Assembly: GCA_022848805.1 (NCBI GenBank)
Contig: JAJISI010000002.1
Location: 1 to 51,533 of the forward strand
From: Thermoplasmatota archaeon
GTDB taxonomy: Archaea; Thermoplasmatota; Thermoplasmata; UBA10834
Reading direction: 5' to 3'
DNA: 51,533 nucleotides
Shown here: positions 46,180 to 51,533 of the stretch, piece after piece
Layout: every line of letters begins with the position of its first letter
How positions within the stretch are numbered: position 1 is the stretch's first letter
Made by a program: the position numbers and the translations under genes
Notes under the pieces: model-generated
Seen by the model: only the letters and a program-made list of their open reading frames with translations
Database searches by the model: none
Told to the model about the DNA's origin: nothing

Positions 46180-48281
46180 TACGACACCTCCTCCTCGGCA
46201 GCGGGTTTCTTCGCCATTTCCTTCGTCTTGCCTCCGCCGCTCTCCACGTCCTCGAGCGCGGAAACGATCTCAGAGGTGATCTGGTCGTCTGTGAATTGGT
46301 TCGCTACGATCGCTTTCTGCGGGCACGCGGCCACGCATGTTCCACAGCCATGGCACAGCGCCTCGATGACCCTGGCTTTCGTGCCCTTCTCTCCTTCGTA
46401 CAGCTCGGGAGCACGGTACGGGCACATCTCGACGCATAGCCCGCATGCCACGCAGAGATCCTCATCGACCATAGCAGTCAACGGCTCGATTTTGACCTTC
46501 TTACCGGACATGACGCAAGCGGCAGAAGCTGCCGCGGCCTTCGCCTGGGCGATGGAATCGGGGATATCCTTGGGGCCCTGCGCACACCCTGCGAGATATA
46601 TGCCGTCCATGGCCGTGTCGACCGGCCGTAGCTTCGGGTGTGCCTCCATGAAGAATCCGTCCGGGCTCAGTGACAGCGCGAGCGTCTTGCCGATACGCTT
46701 ACTTCCTTCCGACGGAAGGAGTCCCGTCGAGAGCACCACGAGGTCGAACTCCCTCTCGGTTATCTTGTTTAGAAGGGTCTCCTCTGCCCTGATCGTGATT
46801 GACTTGGTCTCGGGGTCCTCGCTCAACTTCGCAGGCCGGCCTCTTATGAACTCTACGCTGTACTCCTCTCTCACGCGATGGTAGAGCTCCTCGAAACCCT
46901 TACCGAACGCCCGGATGTCGTTGTAGTAAACCGATATCTCGGTCTCAGACGCGTGCTCCTTGATGATCTGCGCGTTCTTGATTGCATACATGCAGCACAC
47001 GCGCGAGCAGTAGTTGTTGCCAATCTTCTTGTTCCTTGAGCCGACGCACTGTATGAATGCTATCCTCTCAGGAGCCTCGCCGTCTGATGGACGGATGAGG
47101 TGTCCTCCAGTCGGCCCAGCGGCGTTGATGAGCCGCTCCAATTCCAGGCCGGTTATGACGTTCGGGTACTCCCAGTACTTGTACACTCCCCGCTTCTTCG
47201 GCAGGTAGGTGTCGTAGCCTGTCGCGACGATTATCGTTCCTACCTTGAGGTCGACGAGCTCGTCCTCCATCTCGTGGTCTATCGCATTGTTTTGGCAGGC
47301 CTTGAGACAGGCCTTGCACTTGCCGTTCTTGAAATGTATGCAGTTGTCCTTGTCGATCGTGTATATGAGGGGAACCGCCTGGGGGAACGGCACGTATATG
47401 GCCTTCCTCTTGCCGTATCCAAGGTCGAACTTGTTGTCGACCTTCACCGGGCATACATCCGCGCAGACCCCGCAACCAACGCACTTGTCCTCGATGACGA
47501 ACCTTGATTTCCTTCTGACCTTGATGTCGAAGTTGCCGATGAATCCCTGAACGTCCTCCACCTCGGAGTACGACATCAGGGTGATGTTCGGGTGTCGTGC
47601 GACATCCACCATCTTAGGCGCTAGTATGCATATCGCACAGTCGCCCGTCGGGAAGGTCTTGTCTAGCTGTGCCATCCGGCCACCGATGCTAGGTTCGGAC
47701 TCGACGAGGTAGACTTTGAATCCCATCTGGGCCAGGTCGAGGGCTGCCTGTATTCCTGCCACTCCTCCGCCTATGACCAGTGAGGTCTGCTCCACAGGCA
47801 CCTCACGGGCCTCGAGGGGCACGAGTCTGGAAGCCTTGGCGACTCCCATCCTAACAAGGGCGATTGCCTTCCTCGTGGCCTCTTCCTTCTGCTGGGAGTG
47901 TACCCAGGAACACTGCTCCCGCAGGTTGACCATCTGTAGAAGGTAAGGGTTCAGTCCCGCCTGTTTGATGCAGTTCCTGAAGGTTGGCTCATGCATCCTA
48001 GGCGAGCACGCGGCGACCACCACGCGATTGACGTGGTTCTCCTTGATCGCCTTGATGATCTCATCCTGTCCAAGGTCGGAGCAGGTGTACTTGTTCCCCT
48101 TCGAGACGACGACTCCTGGTAATCTCTCCGCGGATTCCCGGACCTTTTCGACGTCAACCGTACCAGCGATGTTGCTGCCGCAGTGACACACGAAAACGCC
48201 GACCCTAGGCTCTTCGTCCCCGCTCTCCCGTTCGGGCTTCTTCTGAGCGGAGTTCTCTTCGAGTGACTCGGGTGAACTCAT
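46179..48281 (-). CDS. hdrA: Heterodisulfide reductase subunit A (canonical single-module architecture)
   Basis: N-terminal CHCG/ACSPRMHE/REQCSWVH, VIGGGVAG, FPTGDCAIC, inserted ferredoxin, GLELER, QCVGSR..YCSRVCCMYAIK and a C-terminal ferredoxin. Start placed at MSSPES. Confidence 0.95.
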   Translation of the reverse strand: MSSPESLEENSAQKKPERESGDEEPRVGVFVCHCGSNIAGTVDVEKVRESAERLPGVVVSKGNKYTCSDLGQDEIIKAIKENHVNRVVVAACSPRMHEPTFRNCIKQAGLNPYLLQMVNLREQCSWVHSQQKEEATRKAIALVRMGVAKASRLVPLEAREVPVEQTSLVIGGGVAGIQAALDLAQMGFKVYLVESEPSIGGRMAQLDKTFPTGDCAICILAPKMVDVARHPNITLMSYSEVEDVQGFIGNFDIKVRRKSRFVIEDKCVGCGVCADVCPVKVDNKFDLGYGKRKAIYVPFPQAVPLIYTIDKDNCIHFKNGKCKACLKACQNNAIDHEMEDELVDLKVGTIIVATGYDTYLPKKRGVYKYWEYPNVITGLELERLINAAGPTGGHLIRPSDGEAPERIAFIQCVGSRNKKIGNNYCSRVCCMYAIKNAQIIKEHASETEISVYYNDIRAFGKGFEELYHRVREEYSVEFIRGRPAKLSEDPETKSITIRAEETLLNKITEREFDLVVLSTGLLPSEGSKRIGKTLALSLSPDGFFMEAHPKLRPVDTAMDGIYLAGCAQGPKDIPDSIAQAKAAAASAACVMSGKKVKIEPLTAMVDEDLCVACGLCVEMCPYRAPELYEGEKGTKARVIEALCHGCGTCVAACPQKAIVANQFTDDQITSEIVSALEDVESGGGKTKEMAKKPAAEEEVS

Positions 48282-48409
48282 GATTTCCCTCTTTGCTCGG
48301 GTAGTCGAATCAAATCCAGGACGAGAGAGACCACGGAAACAAAGCGTCGCCATCTGACGCTTACACTCGACTCTGGCAGTTCTGACGAGGTGTGTGTAAT
48401 AAAGGAGCC

Positions 48410-48426
48410 CTTAATATAGCTTTCGT
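48410..48426 (-). promoter_or_regulatory. Putative BRE/TATA promoter of the hdr cluster
   Basis: Minus strand reads ACGAAAG-CTATATTAAG in an AT-rich intergenic region, about 130 bp upstream of the hdrA start. Confidence 0.5.
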
Positions 48427-48458
48427 TATCCATGTTTCGAAAAACGCAGGGTCCTTAG

Positions 48459-48485
48459 CGATAATCGTTAACATTATCGATAATG
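48459..48485. promoter_or_regulatory. Overlapping palindromes, Fur-box-like operator candidate
   Basis: GATAATCGTTAACATTATC (48460-48478) overlaps the perfect 14-bp palindrome CATTATCGATAATG (48472-48485). Confidence 0.5.
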
Positions 48486-48674
48486 AAGCGCAGATTCTTT
48501 TGCGGATGACTCCCTCGAAATTCGAAATTCGTACAATCGGAGATTCTCGATACCGTCGTTCCTGCGCCCTTCAGAAACGAGAATGAGAAATCGGCGGCCT
48601 GTGACCCGGGCATTGGACTATTGCGCGCCATCGGTCAGACGGTACCAGTGGCTCGTTGTTCAACGTTCGTCAAG

Positions 48675-49757
48675 TCATTTCCGTCCTCTGGTGTACCGAT
48701 GTGAGATGTAGCAGCTCCCCTCACGCGAGACCATACAGGGACCGACGGGTGTGGATGGAGTGCACTGTCGCCCGAACAGGGGGCATTCCTCGCTCGTCAG
48801 AAGTCCGCGGAGCATCTCACCGCATCTGCACCCCTTCGGTTCCTCGTATTCTGCATCTCTTACTGGCGCAAGAATGTCCTCGAACTTTCTGGACGCGTCG
48901 TGTTCCCCGAGGGTGCTCCGGATCGCAAGGCCGCTCTGCGGTATAACCGGGAATCCTCGCCAACGGACATCCGACGTTGTGAAGGCATCCTCCATTGCCT
49001 TGAGGGCCACGGGGTTTCCTTCTTTCTTCACGACGCGCGAGTACTCGTTCTGGACACTAGCGCTGCCGTCAGCTAGCTGTTTGGCCAGCATGTAGACTCC
49101 CATCATTAGATCCAACGGTTCGAATCCTGCGACGACTTGTGGTATGCCGTGATCTCTTGACAGGAATTCGTATGGCTCCGTCCCGATTATGGTGCTCACG
49201 TGGCCCGGCTGTATCATTCCATGGAGTTTGATCTCACCCAGCGATGCGATTGCTCTGAGCGCCGGTGGCACAACTCTATGTAAGCTCAGCACGGAGAAGT
49301 TGTCAGGGGGATTTGCCAGCAACGCGACCGCGGTGGTCGGTGCGGTTGTCTCGAACCCGATGCCGACGAAGACGACCTCGTCTTCAGAGTCTCTTGCCAT
49401 CTCAACCGCGTCGTCGATTCCGAAGACAATCCTGACATCGCCGCCTTCTGCCTTGATATCGTTCAACGATTGCTCTCGGCCAGGGACTCTCATGAGGTCA
49501 CCGAAGACAGCAACGGTGACTCCCTTGCGTGCAAGCTCCAGCGCTTGTTCGATCTCTTCTGGAGGGGTGACACACACAGGACACCCTGGGCCCTGGCGTA
49601 TGTCGATTCCCGCTTTTCTGAACTCCCCATCCAGACCGAACTTGATCAGCGTGTCCTGGTGGGTGCCGCAAACATGCATCAGCGTGATGTCGAGCCCCAT
49701 CTCCTTGAGCTCACCCATCACCTTCTTCGAGATTTCCTTGTCTCTGTATCTAAACAT
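48675..49757 (-). CDS. hypD: Hydrogenase maturation protein HypD
   Basis: Motifs MHVCGTH, GPGCPVCVTP, GFETTAP, PGHVS, CRCGE.LRG and PVGPCMVS.EGSC. Confidence 0.96.
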   Translation of the reverse strand: MFRYRDKEISKKVMGELKEMGLDITLMHVCGTHQDTLIKFGLDGEFRKAGIDIRQGPGCPVCVTPPEEIEQALELARKGVTVAVFGDLMRVPGREQSLNDIKAEGGDVRIVFGIDDAVEMARDSEDEVVFVGIGFETTAPTTAVALLANPPDNFSVLSLHRVVPPALRAIASLGEIKLHGMIQPGHVSTIIGTEPYEFLSRDHGIPQVVAGFEPLDLMMGVYMLAKQLADGSASVQNEYSRVVKKEGNPVALKAMEDAFTTSDVRWRGFPVIPQSGLAIRSTLGEHDASRKFEDILAPVRDAEYEEPKGCRCGEMLRGLLTSEECPLFGRQCTPSTPVGPCMVSREGSCYISHRYTRGRK

Positions 49758-50124
49758 CGGGGACCACCATCCTGATATCTCTGATGACACACTCTCTGCC
49801 GCCTACGATGGTCGCCGCCCCTCCGCATTTCGGACACTCGAGGATGAGGGTCGACCCATGAGCGGCATCCTCTGATGGTGACATCGCCCCTCTGTAGCCG
49901 CACGCACACTCTATCTCCCCGTCCGTCCTACGAAACACGACGGCCGCATCTTCCATCATCGTCCCTTTGGCGAGAACCTCGAAGGAGAATCGCATCTGCT
50001 CCTCCCCGAGCATCGTGAACTCTCCTAGCTCGATCGTGACGCCCTCTATCTTCTTTGCCTCTCTCTTCTCGGCCTCTTCCATGATCGCGTCAACGATTTG
50101 ACTCATGACTGAGAATTCGTGCAT
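49750..50124 (-). CDS. hypA: Hydrogenase nickel chaperone HypA
   Basis: N-terminal MHEFS and Zn ligands ECACG...CPKCG...GRE. Confidence 0.93.
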   Translation of the reverse strand: MHEFSVMSQIVDAIMEEAEKREAKKIEGVTIELGEFTMLGEEQMRFSFEVLAKGTMMEDAAVVFRRTDGEIECACGYRGAMSPSEDAAHGSTLILECPKCGGAATIVGGRECVIRDIRMVVPDV

Positions 50125-50127
50125 GGC

Positions 50128-50355
50128 CTAAGCCCCTGCATCTTCCTGGGCGAGAAGTTCCCTGAACAGTTGGAGGGTCTTCTCCGCCTCCTCCTTGTCG
50201 AGGGTCTCGATCGCGTAGCCTGCATGGACTATCACATATTCGCCGATCTTCGCGTCGACCAATGAAACGTTGACTAATCTCATCACGCCGCCGAAATCAA
50301 CCTTCGCGGTGGTTCCATCGATGGACTTTATCTCGGCTGGGACTGCAAGGCACAT
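50128..50355 (-). CDS. hypC: Hydrogenase maturation chaperone HypC
   Basis: MCLAVPA start, VDFGG and GEYVIVHAGYAI. Confidence 0.96.
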   Translation of the reverse strand: MCLAVPAEIKSIDGTTAKVDFGGVMRLVNVSLVDAKIGEYVIVHAGYAIETLDKEEAEKTLQLFRELLAQEDAGA

Positions 50356-50390
50356 CAAACCGGCAGTATGGACGGTTCGTTGATAAAGCT

Positions 50391-51533
50391 TTAGCCGAGC
50401 TTTGCTCCGACTATAGCGTTCTGGCCGACCGATATACCTCCGTCTCCGTTCGGCACTCTTTCATGGGTGAGTAGCTCGAGACCTCTGGCGCGAACGGTTC
50501 GTTCCACCCATGACGCGATAGGGTTGCTGTATGTCACCCCGCCCGTTAGCCCCACATGCCGTATGTCAGCACTCTCCGCTGTGTCGCATGCCCGTTCTGC
50601 GAGCGCTGTAACGAGAGACCTCACAAAGGAGGCTGCGGCGTCCGCCTTCTCAGCATCGGATTCGAGCCGCATGTCGAGAAGCTGTGCGAACATCGGGACT
50701 GTCTTGGCATATTCCACGCCACTCCTCTGCCCGAACTCCACATCGAAGCTCAATTCGGCGTTTCCAGCTGCGAGCCAGCGTTCGAGCTTGATCGCGGGCT
50801 CGCCTTCGTAAGTCCTCTTGCAGCACACGCCTATTATGCAGGATACTGCATCGAGGACCCGGCCCATGCTGGAGGCGGTGACGCTCTTCCCCATCAGCTT
50901 GGAATAGATGTCTGCCTCTCTCTCGTCCGCATGAGTCGTGTCCGTTCCGAGCATGAGCTGGATCGCCGTCACGACACGCCTGGGATCCAGGACCGCCCTG
51001 TCTCCGCCAAGCAGTGGGATGCCTTCGAGGGTGCAAGTCCGCTTGTATCCCGAGAAGTCAGCGAGTAGGGTCTCCCCTCCCCAGGAGGCGCCGTCGTCCC
51101 CGTAACCCGTGCCGTCCCAGACGAGGCATACGATCTGGTCGTGGATCTTGCGGTCGATCATGAGGGACGCGGCATGCGCGTGATAATGTTGTGTCTCAAT
51201 CGCGGGGCAGTCATACTCCTTCGCAAGGCGCTTCGCCATTATCTTCGTGGAGTATCTCGGGTGTTTGTCCATCGCGATCGCGTCGAAATCTTCGGTTCCG
51301 AGCAGCTTCGCCAGATGGTGGATCGCGTCGCCGAGGTAGTGCAGCGTCGGATGCTGTTGCGACTCCCCGATGTATTGGGTGAGGAATATCTCGCGGTTCC
51401 TGGTGATCGAACCCGTGACATCCCATTGCGCCCCGACACCGATCACTGCACGACCATGATTCGCTTCGAGAGGTACCGGAACGAAACCTCTCGACTTCCT
51501 CGTGAAGGCCGGCCTGCCGTCGCGCATCTTGAT
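50391..51533 (-). CDS. hypF: Carbamoyltransferase HypF, C-terminal part (5' end outside window)
   Basis: Motifs RKSRGFVP, DKHPRYST, QHYHAHAAS, DGTGYGDDG..WGGE, SSMGR.LDA and PNGDGGISVGQ. Confidence 0.95.
   Translation of the reverse strand: MKMRDGRPAFTRKSRGFVPVPLEANHGRAVIGVGAQWDVTGSITRNREIFLTQYIGESQQHPTLHYLGDAIHHLAKLLGTEDFDAIAMDKHPRYSTKIMAKRLAKEYDCPAIETQHYHAHAASLMIDRKIHDQIVCLVWDGTGYGDDGASWGGETLLADFSGYKRTCTLEGIPLLGGDRAVLDPRRVVTAIQLMLGTDTTHADEREADIYSKLMGKSVTASSMGRVLDAVSCIIGVCCKRTYEGEPAIKLERWLAAGNAELSFDVEFGQRSGVEYAKTVPMFAQLLDMRLESDAEKADAAASFVRSLVTALAERACDTAESADIRHVGLTGGVTYSNPIASWVERTVRARGLELLTHERVPNGDGGISVGQNAIVGAKLG

Noticed and set aside
27604..48281. Selenocysteine recoding in HdrA, MvhD or MvhA
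   Set aside because: All ORFs run uninterrupted with Cys at the relevant motifs (CCNWC, GCH..DCHY, DPCNSC). No in-frame TGA and no separate VhuU-type peptide.
1..51533. CRISPR array, transposase, prophage or methanogenesis marker genes
   Set aside because: No regularly spaced repeats or mobile-element ORFs were seen; the repeats found are coding paralogy. Hdr/Mvh alone does not show methanogenesis, and no mcr/mtr genes are in the window.

Overview
Archaeal chromosomal segment (about 60% GC by eye). Elp3, CDC48/VAT, Sec61-beta, BRE/TATA promoters and BHB-intron tRNAs make it archaeal; a Thermoplasmatota-like lineage is my inference only. The left half is mostly housekeeping: elp3 (partial), two coupled TPR genes, a CdpB-like PRC-barrel gene with cdc48, a 2-oxoacid:ferredoxin oxidoreductase operon with fused gamma-delta subunits, GNAT, class II lysS, an orphan receiver protein, secG, a complete his operon ending in a PHP phosphatase, nikR, peroxiredoxin, tRNA-Glu(CTC) and tRNA-Ser(GGA) with introns, nadE with a divergent nitrilase-family gene, and mobA. 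The right half is a ~21 kb co-oriented hdr/mvh supercluster flanked by hyp genes. It holds five HdrA-type ORFs in four modules, each with its own MvhD and a different partner: HdrBC, an MvhD-HdrD fusion, a split HdrL with a GltD/NfnB-like NAD(P)H domain, and a group 3c MvhAG hydrogenase. Main leads: (i) the modular Hdr/Mvh hub; (ii) an uncharacterised winged-helix-like domain present once fused to MvhD and once as a separate gene right after MvhD; (iii) a TPR pair carrying a Zn ribbon, a degenerate Mrr-like domain and a SAP-like motif; (iv) a receiver gene that appears to start at ATC behind a short uORF. No CRISPR array, integrase/transposase, mcr gene or selenocysteine recoding was seen. All calls come from motif recognition by eye; no searches were run.
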